Of a stretch of DNA of 64,000 nt, positions 1-8,731 are shown piece by piece (positions within the stretch are counted from its first letter, which is position 1; each line of letters begins with the position of its first letter). Made by a program: the position numbers and the translations under genes. The stretch comes from an uncultured delta proteobacterium (GTDB lineage Bacteria > Myxococcota > UBA727 > VGSZ01). The stretch lies in contig CAVZJB010000016.1 of the NCBI GenBank assembly GCA_963775425.1, forward strand, positions 1,248,001 to 1,312,000, read 5' to 3'. The notes under the pieces were generated by a model. It searched no databases. It was not told the origin of the DNA and saw only the letters and a program-made list of their open reading frames with translations.

Positions 1-3000
1 CCACCTGCACGAGGTGGAGCGCCGCCTTGTTCGATGCCTGGCGCTCGGCTGCCCGCGCGCCGTCGAGCGCGCGGAGCTCGTCGCGCGGCGCGCCGAGCTT
101 GGCGACCTGTTCGTCGAGGCTCACGCGCCCGCCGCCGGGCGCGACAACGACGACGTCGCCCGGGGTGAACGACGCCGCCGTGCGGCACGGCCTGAGCGCG
201 CCGCCGCCCGCGGACGCCTGTCGGCACCAACTGTCGGGGCCGGTGCCGTACCGCCCGCGCCGCGGGAGCGTCGCCCGCAGCGCCGCGCCCGCGGCGATCT
301 TGCCGCCGCCGCCGCGGCGCACGTCGAGGCGCTCGAGCGCCACCTTCACCGCCGCCGGCCGATCGGCGGTCCAGGCGAAGACGCGGAAGCCCTTGTGCTC
401 GTCGCCGGGCCACAACAGGAAGCGGCAGCGCCGCACGCCCACGTGCTTGTCGAGCAACGCGCCCGCGCGATCCTGGGCCGCGCAGGAGAAGTCCTGCTCC
501 GACGTCATCGTCACCTGCTGCACCACGCCCGGGCCCGCGTCCGGCAGCGGCGCCGTCGCCACCTTCTCCACCACGCGGAAGCTCTCGCCGTCCTTGAGCT
601 CGCCGACGTCCTTGGCCTCCAGGAACGCGGCGCGCACCTCGGTGCTCCCCGGCTGCAGCGCCTCGGCCTCGACGCCGAGCGTGTACTTCCCCGGCGCGAG
701 CGGCACCGCCAACGCGCAATTCCAGTCGGCGCCGCTGTCGGCGCTCTCCGCCACCAGGGAGCCGTCGGCCGCGCGCAAGCGGCAGCGGACGTCGACGTCC
801 CCGCGGGTCTTGATGCGCAACAAGCCGGCGCGCGCCGCGGCGACGCCGGCGCCGTCGATGTCGTCGCCGCTTCGCGCCACATCGGGCATCACCACGTCGA
901 TGCGGCCGGGGACCGGCGCCGTCAGCGCCACGCCCGGCACCGCCGTGCGCACGCCGATCTTCACGGTGTAGTGAATGGCCACGTCGCCGTGGCTGTGCTC
1001 GGTCTCGAGCACGTACGTCCCCGGGGCGAGGTGCGCGACGTGCCCCGCGAGCGGCGGCATCTCCTGGGCCGCCAGCCCGGGCGCCCTTGGGCTCGCCCCC
1101 CGCCCTCGGAACATCGCGCGCGGGACCGCGGAGAAGCGGCCACCGCGGCCGGTGCCGATGCTGCCGGCGCCGTCGTTTTCGCCGTACGCGTCGCCGCCCT
1201 CCATCTCGCCTTCGTCGCCCTCGTCGCCCTCGTCGCCCTCGGTCTCGCTCCCTTCGTCGCCCTCGACGTCCCCGCCTTCGTCGCCCTCGTACGCGCCGCC
1301 CTCGTCGCCTTCGTCCGCCGCGGATCCCGAGGCCGTGCCCACCGGAGGCACCGTGTCGATCACCTCCCGCGAGCCGCGCGCGCCCAGGCGGAAGACGCGA
1401 CCCTGCATGCCGTGGTCGAGCTCGATGCCGACGTCCAGCTCCACGGGCACCTGGAAGCGGAGCTCATCCTTGCCATCGGCGCCGAGCTCGGCGGCGTAAC
1501 GCCGGTTGAGCGCGATCCGGTGGACGCGGTCCCCGGTGAGGACCACCGCGGGGACCACCGGCGTGACCGACGTCCGCCTCCGGCTCTCCACCGTCAGCGG
1601 CATCGCCGTGAGGATGTAACGGCCTGGCTCGAGCGAAACGGTCTGCGAGCAGGAGGCCGGCACCGGCTGTACCGGCCACCCGTCGTGATCGTCGAGCCGG
1701 CAGGCGAGCGCGGCCCCTTGCGCGCTGGTCGACAGCGCGAGCGCAGAGGTCCCCTTCACGTCGAAGGTCTGCTGCGCGAGCTCGCCCGCGGCGACGCGGA
1801 AGAAGACGTCGTCGCCGACAGCCACCGCCCCGAGCGCCCGCGGCCGCCGCTCCACCAGGTGCACGCCGGCGCGCCCGCGACTCGTGCCGACGGTGGTCGC
1901 CGTGAACAGATAGCTGCCCGGCTTCAGGTAGCCCTGCACCAGGCAGTTGCGCCCCCGCCCGTTGCGATCGCCGTCGACCAGATCGGCGACGGTGGGCGTG
2001 CGCAGCCGGCAACGGGTGGCGAGGAGCCCCTCGGTCTGGAGGTCGTAGAGGCCGGGGCGATCGACCTTCACGATCATCGAGCGCGACTGGTCGCGATCGA
2101 AGTCCATCCACAGCGGCGCGGCCGCGGTGATGGTCGGCAGCCGGGCGAGCTGGGGGTCGAAGCGCGGCAGCGGCACCGTCGGCGGCGGCGTCAGCCGGCC
2201 GAGCAACGCGAGGAACGGCATGTCGTCGCCGCTCGCGAGCGTGAGCGTGGCGGGCGCCGGGAGCGCCGGGCTGCGGCACACGCCGTCGCGCACCGGGAGA
2301 TCGGTGTCCCCGAGGCGGCACCGCATCGTCCGCCCCGCCTGCGTGTGCACCACCACGGGCGCGCCCGCCGCCACGGTCACAGACACCGTGCGCAGCGGAT
2401 CGAGCACCACCGGCAGCGAGCCCGCGAGCGACATCGGCGCGCCCCGCGCGAGGAACGCGCGCAGCGAGGCCCCGCCCTCGGACGACGTGACGAGCCGGTA
2501 TCTCCCCCGCGCGAGATCGATCGCGGGGAAGCTGCAGGCCGCCTTGGCCGGCGTCTTGTGCGCCTTCAGATCGGGGAGCCCGACCTGCCCCACGCGCAGC
2601 GTCTGGATGCCCGGGCGGCCGCCGTAGAAGCGCACCTCGTACAAGCCCGCGCCGAGGGCGCGGGTGAAGTCGCACTTGTTGTCCTCGCCGGCGCCGACGC
2701 GCTCCTTCTTCCAGCCGTCGAGCCGGAAGACCTCGCAGCTCGCCTTGGTCTTGTCGTCGCCGCGCACGGTGTACAGGCCGGGCTTGTCGATCTTCAGCCA
2801 CACCGCGGTGCTCGTGGCCGCGTAGTTGAAGGAGCGCTCGAAGGGCTCGGTCCAGTCGACCTCCGGCGCATCCACCGCCACCCGGCGCACGAAGCGCTCG
2901 CGGTCGTCGATCTGATCGATGGCGCACCCGAGGGGCTCGGCGTCCATCGAGAGCGGAAAGGACGGCGCGGTGACGAAGTAGCGGCCGGGCAGGCCGATGG

Positions 3001-4042
3001 TGAGATCACGGGTGGCGCCGGTGGGCCAGTAGCCGTCGTTGGTCGTCGACGCGAGCGGGCCCCAGGCGAGCTCGCCCGAGGTGCCGGGCGCGCCTTCGAG
3101 CACGATCACGTTGCCCGCGCTCGGCGACGTGCCGCGCGTGGTGAGCGCGCAGGCGGCGACGCCCGCCTTGGGATCGATGCTGCAGGAGGGGCCGCCCCGG
3201 GCGCGGGCGCCGGTGCCCTTGGTGACGGCTTCGACGTGCATGGAAAACGGAGCGGCCGACGGCCGATCGAGCTCGGTGAACGCGGCGAGCCCGCGCTCGC
3301 CCGCCTGCACCTCGAGGAAGCCCCACGCCGGGAGGGTGAACGCGCGCGCGTGCGCGGCTCCTCCCGGAGGCGCGCCGCGCGTGATGAAGACCACATCGTC
3401 CTCGGGCCCACGGGTCCACGCCTTGGGCGCCGTGCCGTAGACCACCACCTTCACGTCACCGGGGTCGACCACGGCATCGATGCGGTGCCGGTAGATGCTC
3501 CGTCCCTCACGCGGCGTCGACTCGCGGACGTTGTCGGCGGGCGACTCGAGCCAGCGGCCGTCACGCCAGAGGGCGACGCGGCCGGCGGTGCGACCTGCGA
3601 CCTCGAGCGTGATGCTCCTCCGCTTGTCGATGTGCAGCCAGGCCGAGACCTGCTGGTGCGGATGGAGCTCCGTCTGGATCGAAGCGCCGTCCTCGAGGCG
3701 AACCGCGGGCTGCACCTCCTCGAAGGGTGTCACCGTGACCTTCGCCTTCCCTTTGCCGCGCTGCGGCGACGAGAGCCGCGCTTTGTAAAGGCTGGCGTCG
3801 AGCATCAGATCGAGATCGCAGCTCTCCCGGCCGGCGACGCCGGCGGAGGCGAAGGGGCCGCGCAGGTGATCGGCGACGCTGCACGCGGTGCCCGCCTCGC
3901 TGTCGACATGCAGGCGGTACATGCCTGTGGCGGGGACCTTGATGACGACGTCCTGAGCACCGCGCGCGTCGACGACGTCGGGGGCGACGTTCACCTGCGC
4001 GGAGATCAAGATGGCGGGCAAAGCGGCGAGACCGAGCTGCAT
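1..4042 (-). CDS. Very large secreted hypothetical protein (>1340 aa, 3' end outside window) with repeated beta-rich modules and an acidic G/E/D linker
   Basis: Missing from the ORF track because it is open-ended. Manual translation gives MQLGLAALPAILISAQVNVAPDVVDARGAQDVVIKVPATGMYRL..., with GGAGG Shine-Dalgarno just upstream of the ATG at 4042. Acidic GDEGDEGE linker at ~1190-1330. The + strand 1457-aa ORF is its antisense shadow. Confidence 0.8.
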   Translation of the reverse strand, partial: MQLGLAALPAILISAQVNVAPDVVDARGAQDVVIKVPATGMYRLHVDSEAGTACSVADHLRGPFASAGVAGRESCDLDLMLDASLYKARLSSPQRGKGKAKVTVTPFEEVQPAVRLEDGASIQTELHPHQQVSAWLHIDKRRSITLEVAGRTAGRVALWRDGRWLESPADNVRESTPREGRSIYRHRIDAVVDPGDVKVVVYGTAPKAWTRGPEDDVVFITRGAPPGGAAHARAFTLPAWGFLEVQAGERGLAAFTELDRPSAAPFSMHVEAVTKGTGARARGGPSCSIDPKAGVAACALTTRGTSPSAGNVIVLEGAPGTSGELAWGPLASTTNDGYWPTGATRDLTIGLPGRYFVTAPSFPLSMDAEPLGCAIDQIDDRERFVRRVAVDAPEVDWTEPFERSFNYAATSTAVWLKIDKPGLYTVRGDDKTKASCEVFRLDGWKKERVGAGEDNKCDFTRALGAGLYEVRFYGGRPGIQTLRVGQVGLPDLKAHKTPAKAACSFPAIDLARGRYRLVTSSEGGASLRAFLARGAPMSLAGSLPVVLDPLRTVSVTVAAGAPVVVHTQAGRTMRCRLGDTDLPVRDGVCRSPALPAPATLTLASGDDMPFLALLGRLTPPPTVPLPRFDPQLARLPTITAAAPLWMDFDRDQSRSMIVKVDRPGLYDLQTEGLLATRCRLRTPTVADLVDGDRNGRGRNCLVQGYLKPGSYLFTATTVGTSRGRAGVHLVERRPRALGAVAVGDDVFFRVAAGELAQQTFDVKGTSALALSTSAQGAALACRLDDHDGWPVQPVPASCSQTVSLEPGRYILTAMPLTVESRRRTSVTPVVPAVVLTGDRVHRIALNRRYAAELGADGKDELRFQVPVELDVGIELDHGMQGRVFRLGARGSREVIDTVPPVGTASGSAADEGDEGGAYEGDEGGDVEGDEGSETEGDEGDEGDEGEMEGGDAYGENDGAGSIGTGRGGRFSAVPRAMFRGRGASPRAPGLAAQEMPPLAGHVAHLAPGTYVLETEHSHGDVAIHYTVKIGVRTAVPGVALTAPVPGRIDVVMPDVARSGDDIDGAGVAAARAGLLRIKTRGDVDVRCRLRAADGSLVAESADSGADWNCALAVPLAPGKYTLGVEAEALQPGSTEVRAAFLEAKDVGELKDGESFRVVEKVATAPLPDAGPGVVQQVTMTSEQDFSCAAQDRAGALLDKHVGVRRCRFLLWPGDEHKGFRVFAWTADRPAAVKVALERLDVRRGGGGKIAAGAALRATLPRRGRYGTGPDSWCRQASAGGGALRPCRTAASFTPGDVVVVAPGGGRVSLDEQVAKLGAPRDELRALDGARAAERQASNKAALHLVQV

Positions 4043-4193
4043 CCAGCCCTCCGATGGATCGCGCCGTATGGGGGAGCACGCTCGAGGAGCGCGACGCGCG
4101 CGGGGATCGAAAGGTACAACCGAAGCGGGGCAACTTTCCTTTCCGCCCGGTGTCTTTCGATCCGAAGCTCAACGCTCGCCGGTCACAGCCGTC

Positions 4194-4219
4194 ACCGGAG
4201 GGAGCGGCCGCGCTTGATC
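4194..4219. repeat. 26-bp dispersed repeat, copy 1 (ACCGGAGGGAGCGGCCGCGCTTGATC)
   Basis: Identical 26-mer at 15842-15867. Confidence 0.8.
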
Positions 4220-4468
4220 GATGGTCGCGCTCGACATGAAGCGCGAGAGCCGCGGCGCTTCAACGAAGCGGAGCGACAAAGCACCAAAAGATGTCCGTGC
4301 ATGCGCGCGCCGTCGACGTGGAGCGGTGAACGTCAGCGAGCTCCGCGACGAGCGATGCGCGGGACCTGCGTTTTCATTGACTACTGAAAAAAAGAAAAAC
4401 CGGCGATTCAGTCCTGCGCGCTGCGCAAGACCTTCGCCGGTGGCATACAACAAATCAGCAGGCATGCG

Positions 4469-4501
4469 CGCGAGGGCGGGTTCCGAGCTCCCGCCCTCGC
4501 G
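4469..4501 (-). terminator. 12-bp GC stem-loop downstream of the Lys-rich micro-ORF
   Basis: CGCGAGGGCGGG / CCCGCCCTCGCG with a 9-nt loop; no classical U-tract. Confidence 0.5.
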
Positions 4502-4540
4502 GCGCGAAGAGACGAAGCGGTCGCAAGCGACCGCCGGCGA

Positions 4541-4609
4541 CTACTTCTTCTTCGCCTTCTTCTTCGTCTTCTTCTTCGCAGCCTTCTTCTTCTTCTTCTT
4601 GGCAGCCAT
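4541..4609 (-). CDS. 22-aa lysine-rich, histone H1-like microprotein MAAKKKKKKAAKKKTKKKAKKK
   Basis: AGGAG SD 6 nt before the ATG, every Lys encoded by AAG, TAG stop, hairpin downstream; below the ORF-track size cutoff. Confidence 0.75.
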   Translation of the reverse strand: MAAKKKKKKAAKKKTKKKAKKK

Positions 4610-5223
4610 CGACTACTCCTGTTCGTGGGACCCGCGTTTCTCGACGAGGAAGGCACCCCTGCCCAACCGCCGATGCTTCGCGGGGTTCAGCGTCCGGCCC
4701 GGCAAGCGCTCGAAGCACATGCTCGAGCACCGGCTCCGGAGACTTTGTTTGCGTGAAGCTTTCCCACCGCTCACGGTCTTGCTTTCCGAGTCGAGATGAT
4801 GTTGCGCGTTCCCAACCACACTCCACATAGACGATCGAAGACCGTCGAAGAGGAGTTCGTTGGGGCGTGCGGTCATCCGGTTCATCAGCACTCGCGATAG
4901 TGAGCTCTCACGCTCAGCTCTATTTTTAATCCGTCAGGGCTGGCGAGCGCCAGTCTTTTCTTCAAGCGAAGGGTTGCCTGCTTGTCGCTCGAAGCGCGCG
5001 GAGCACTTCATCGCGTTGCTCGCGCGTTGTTCACGCGTTGCTCGCGCGCGTGTTTTTACGTCGTCACGCACGAGATGCGTGAGCGTTTCTTCGCGCGCCT
5101 CACGCGCGCGAACGAACCTCACGTGATGGATGAGGAAAGTGTCTCACGCGCGAACACTCAAGGCCGGCGAAGGGTGCGATCGGGACCTACGAGCGGTGAT
5201 CGGGAGATCACCGAGCGCTCCGA

Positions 5224-6123
5224 TCACTTCTCGATGCGCCACGCGCGGTGGATCGGAGGGCGCCGCGGGAAGTCGAAGGGCACCGTCCCCGACGTGATGT
5301 CGACGACGACACGGGCCTCGATCGCATCGAGCGTGAAGCCCTGGAAGTTCGTGGAGAAGTAGACGGCGCCGCCCGGTGACAGCCGATCGATCGCCCGCTC
5401 GATCAGTCGGCGGTGGTCGCGCTGGACCTCGAACCCGGCCGCGCGCTTGCTCACGGAGACCGTGGGCGGGTCGATCACGGCCAGATCGAAGGTCTCTCGG
5501 CACCCTTCGAGCCACGTCACCGCGTCGGCAACGACGACGTCACCGCGGTCGAGACCGTTGAGCTCGAAGTTGTCCTCCGCCCAACGCGCGTAGGTCGGCG
5601 AGAGGTCCACGCTCACGGTCCGGGACGCGCCGCCGGCGGCCGCGTAGACCGAAAACGCCCCCGTGTAGGCGAAGAGGTTGAGCACCCGCTTGCCCGCGCT
5701 CTCCGCGCGCACGCGATCCCGGGTGATGCGGTGATCGAGGAAGAGCCCCGTGTCGAGGTAGTCGACGAGGTTGACCCAGAAGCGCAGGCCTCCCTCGCGC
5801 GCCGCGAAGCGGGCATCGCCGCCTCCCTCGCGCGCCGCTCTCTCGTAGCGGGCGCCCGGCGCTCTGCGCTTCACCACCGTTCGCTCGGGCGAAATGCCGA
5901 GCGCCTCGCGCGCCTCGGTCAGCCAGGCGTCCACGCGCGCGCCCTCGATGCCGTGGCGCGGCTCGAACACGCTCGCGTGGAGGTGATCTTCGTAGACGTC
6001 GAGCGCGAGCGGGACACCCGGCAGGTCCCGGTCGTAGACGCGGAAGCAGGTGATGTCGTGTCGCTTGGCCCAGGGGCGGAGGCGCTTCAGGTTCTTCGCG
6101 AGCCGGTTCCCGAAGTCACTCAA
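5224..6123 (-). CDS. 23S rRNA methyltransferase, stand-alone RlmK-like (C-terminal half of RlmKL)
   Basis: FGNRLAKN..., FRVYDRD, VNLVDYLDTGLFLDHR, VLNLFAYTG and DPPT motifs. Confidence 0.85.
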   Translation of the reverse strand: MSDFGNRLAKNLKRLRPWAKRHDITCFRVYDRDLPGVPLALDVYEDHLHASVFEPRHGIEGARVDAWLTEAREALGISPERTVVKRRAPGARYERAAREGGGDARFAAREGGLRFWVNLVDYLDTGLFLDHRITRDRVRAESAGKRVLNLFAYTGAFSVYAAAGGASRTVSVDLSPTYARWAEDNFELNGLDRGDVVVADAVTWLEGCRETFDLAVIDPPTVSVSKRAAGFEVQRDHRRLIERAIDRLSPGGAVYFSTNFQGFTLDAIEARVVVDITSGTVPFDFPRRPPIHRAWRIEK

Positions 6124-6823
6124 CGAGGCTCCACTCCACCTCGGCGTCCGCGAGGGCGCTCTTCACCGTGAAGCGGAGGGGATCGCCGCCCGCCGTGAGG
6201 AACGAGTGCCCCTGCGCGTCCACCAGGGGAAAGCGAAAGATGTAGAGGTCGTCGAAGCGGTCGATGTACGGAAAGATCCGCGCCGCCGCGGGCGTGTTGG
6301 GCACCGTCTCGATGGCCGACGGCTTCTCGGAGACGCCGCCGCGCTCCAGGCGCGCGTCCCAGATGCTCGCCTTGATGGCGAGGTCCCTGTCCTTCTGATC
6401 GGAGGAGTAGAAGGCGACGAAGACCACCACCTGCTCCTCGGCCCCGGGCCGCGCGCGCATGGGAGCGTCCACGCCCTCGTCCGGGTTGCCGAGCCCCACG
6501 AGCTCGCGCTCGAGCTGCGCGGCGATCTGCCCGTGGAGCTCCGCGCGCGCATCGAGGTACGCCTTGCGCAGCCGCGGGGTTACGAGCGTGGCGCGCAGAT
6601 CGGCCGTGCGCACGGCGTAGTCGTAGGGCTCCACGCGCCGCGTGTCCTCACGCAACGCCTGCTGCCAGGAGACGCCCGCGCCGGGCGCGAGGTGCGCCTC
6701 GCCGCGCCGCGGGATGCTCGCGCACGCGCACGACAGGAGTGCGCACGCGCCGAGCGCCAGGAGGGGAGCGCGGTGGACGCCCGCCGTGACCCCGATGGAG
6801 CGCGGCCGCTCCCGCCCGGTCAC
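6116..6823 (-). CDS. Hypothetical lipoprotein
   Basis: Hydrophobic signal ending in ...LSCACASIP; GTGA overlap with the pyrE stop; start uncertain. Confidence 0.6.
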   Translation of the reverse strand: MTGRERPRSIGVTAGVHRAPLLALGACALLSCACASIPRRGEAHLAPGAGVSWQQALREDTRRVEPYDYAVRTADLRATLVTPRLRKAYLDARAELHGQIAAQLERELVGLGNPDEGVDAPMRARPGAEEQVVVFVAFYSSDQKDRDLAIKASIWDARLERGGVSEKPSAIETVPNTPAAARIFPYIDRFDDLYIFRFPLVDAQGHSFLTAGGDPLRFTVKSALADAEVEWSLVE

Positions 6824-7410
6824 GCGCGCGCTCCGGCGGGGAAGTCGGCGACGCGAAACAGCGCGTGCACCGTGCAGCCGAGCGCGGCGAGCGCCTCCGT
6901 GCCCCCGGCTTCGCGATCGACGATGGCCAGCACGGTGTCCACCGCGTAGCCGCCGGCGCGCAGTCGCTCGATGGCCTTCTTGGATGCGCCACCGGTGGTG
7001 ACCACATCCTCCACCACCGCGACGCGCGCGCCCGCGGGCACGGCCTTCACGCCTTCGAGAAACGCCTGCGTGCCGTGGCCCTTGGGCTCCTTGCGCACGT
7101 AGATGGCGTGGAGGTCGCGGCCGCCGAGGTACGCGGTGAGCGAGAGCGCCGACGCGAGCGGGTCGGCGCCCATGGTGAGCCCGCCGCACCCGGCGTGGAC
7201 GTCGCCGCGCACGGCGGCCTCCGCGGCGGCGAGCAGCCGGAGGAAGCAGCGGCCGACCAGCGCGTGGCCCTCCCCGCGCAGCACGGCCTGCTTGCAGTCG
7301 ATGTAGAAGCCGCTCTTTTGTCCCGAGGAGAGCGTGACCTCGCGCTCTTCGTACGCGTGCTCGAGCAGGAGCGCGAGCAGCCGGGCCTTGTCCGCGTCAG
7401 CGGCGTTCAT
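6820..7410 (-). CDS. pyrE: Orotate phosphoribosyltransferase
   Basis: TLSSGQKSGFYIDCK, VRKEPKGHGT and PRPP motif VVEDVVTTGG. Confidence 0.95.
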   Translation of the reverse strand: MNAADADKARLLALLLEHAYEEREVTLSSGQKSGFYIDCKQAVLRGEGHALVGRCFLRLLAAAEAAVRGDVHAGCGGLTMGADPLASALSLTAYLGGRDLHAIYVRKEPKGHGTQAFLEGVKAVPAGARVAVVEDVVTTGGASKKAIERLRAGGYAVDTVLAIVDREAGGTEALAALGCTVHALFRVADFPAGARA

Positions 7411-7422
7411 CGCCGACCCGGC

Positions 7423-8028
7423 TCACTTCCGCTTCACGATCACGCGGGTCTTGTTCGCTTTCTGCGGCAGGCCCTTGGCAGCCGGCGGCTCGAGCGGCGT
7501 GGGCGCGGACTTCGCCGGCGCGCTCGCCACCTTCGGCTCCTCGCGCTTGTCGGCGGTGGCGGCGGCGGGCGCGGCCGCGGGCTTGCGCGCGGCCACGGGC
7601 GGGGTGGTCGCCGCGCGCGGAACGCTGACCGGCATCGGGCGCGGGCGCTCGGTGGACGGCTTGCGCGCGGGCATGTTGGCGATGTCACCCATGTCCACGT
7701 TCCCGCGGAAGCTCGCGCCGTCCACGATGATCACGCGCGGCGAGAAGATGTCGCCGACCATCCGCCCTTCCTTGGTGATCTCGACGGACTCGCTCGCGTG
7801 CACGTTGCCGACGATGACGCCGGAGATGACGGCGTTTTTCACGCTGATCTCGGCCTTGAGGATGCCGCTGTGCGCGACCACCAGGGTGCGCTGCAGCTCC
7901 ACGCGACCGTCCACACGCCCCAGCACGTGAAGGTCTTCGTCTCCGCTCAGGTTGCCGCGGATGAGGACGGACTCGCCGATGATGGTGGCGCCGTCGCCCG
8001 CCGTGGGGGTCGTTCGAATGGTCGCCAT
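7423..8028 (-). CDS. bacP: Bactofilin with P/A/K-rich C-terminal extension (BacP-like)
   Basis: Beta-helix bactofilin repeats (IIGESVLIRGNLSGDEDLHVLGRVDG...GASFRGNVDM) followed by a disordered tail; third gene of the triplet. Confidence 0.85.
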   Translation of the reverse strand: MATIRTTPTAGDGATIIGESVLIRGNLSGDEDLHVLGRVDGRVELQRTLVVAHSGILKAEISVKNAVISGVIVGNVHASESVEITKEGRMVGDIFSPRVIIVDGASFRGNVDMGDIANMPARKPSTERPRPMPVSVPRAATTPPVAARKPAAAPAAATADKREEPKVASAPAKSAPTPLEPPAAKGLPQKANKTRVIVKRK

Positions 8029-8031
8029 CGA

Positions 8032-8346
8032 TCAGCGCTCCATGTCCACGTTGCCCTTGAAGACGGCGCCGTCGGCGATGAGGATGCGCGGCGCCTTGAC
8101 GTCGCCCACCATGCGGCCGTCGCTCTTGAGCTCGACGCGCTCGCCGGCGGTGATGTTGCCCGTGACGTTGCCGGAGACCTCGACGTTCTTGGTCTCGATG
8201 TCGGCCTCGACGGTGCCGGAGTTCTCCACGATCAAGCTCGCCGAGAGGCCGATCTTGCCCTTCACGGTGCCGCGGATGGTCAGATCCTCGTCTCCCGTGA
8301 TCTCACCGTCGATCACGATGGTGTTGCCGATGACCGTGTTCGCCAT
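8032..8346 (-). CDS. bacO: Bactofilin (BacO-like)
   Basis: TVIGNTIVIDGEITGDEDLTIRGTVKG...GAVFKGNVDM. Confidence 0.85.
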   Translation of the reverse strand: MANTVIGNTIVIDGEITGDEDLTIRGTVKGKIGLSASLIVENSGTVEADIETKNVEVSGNVTGNITAGERVELKSDGRMVGDVKAPRILIADGAVFKGNVDMER

Positions 8347-8353
8347 GTGTCCC

Positions 8354-8692
8354 TCAGATGCCTGGCGGCAGTTCGACGTCCATTTCGATGCGACCCTTGA
8401 ACCGGGCGCCGTCCTCGAGGACGACCCGGGGGGCCTTGATGTCGGCCACGACGCTTGCCTCGGCGGAGAGCGACACGAGGTCGTTGGCCTCGATGTTCCC
8501 GCTCACCTGCCCGTGGACGAGCAGCGACTCCGTGGTGATGTCGGCCGTGATGCGGCCGCTCTCTTTGATGGTGAGGTGGTTCTTGAGAGAGATGTGGCCC
8601 TCTACCGCTCCCTCTATGACGAGCTCCTCGGCGCCCGCCAGGTTGCCTTTGATGGTGATGCCGCGGCCGATGACGCAGGGGTTGTCCGCCAT
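8354..8692 (-). CDS. bacN: Bactofilin (BacN-like)
   Basis: MADNPCVIGRGITIKGNL...GARFKGRIEM. Confidence 0.85.
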   Translation of the reverse strand: MADNPCVIGRGITIKGNLAGAEELVIEGAVEGHISLKNHLTIKESGRITADITTESLLVHGQVSGNIEANDLVSLSAEASVVADIKAPRVVLEDGARFKGRIEMDVELPPGI

Positions 8693-8701
8693 AGGCCGGC
8701 G

Positions 8702-8731
8702 AACGTAGGAGAAAGCCCTAACGTGCGTCAA
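8702..8731 (-). promoter_or_regulatory. Putative sigma70-type promoter of the bactofilin operon (near-leaderless)
   Basis: TTGACG-N18-TACGTT ending 9 nt before the ATG at 8692; no SD visible. Confidence 0.4.

Noticed and set aside
14-4387. 1457-aa + strand ORF
   Set aside because: Antisense shadow of the real minus-strand gene; Arg/Ala/His-rich with no motifs. The same applies to most long overlapping ORFs in the track.
4884-4890. CUGAUGA hammerhead ribozyme core on the minus strand
   Set aside because: No stem II followed by GAAA in the required arrangement.
4985-5160. CGCG/CACG-rich quasi-repeats (CGCGTTGCTCGCGCG twice)
   Set aside because: Low-complexity GC sequence without a regular period.
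5224-6123. Stand-alone RlmK half as a novelty
   Set aside because: Split RlmK/RlmL genes are already known in several bacteria.
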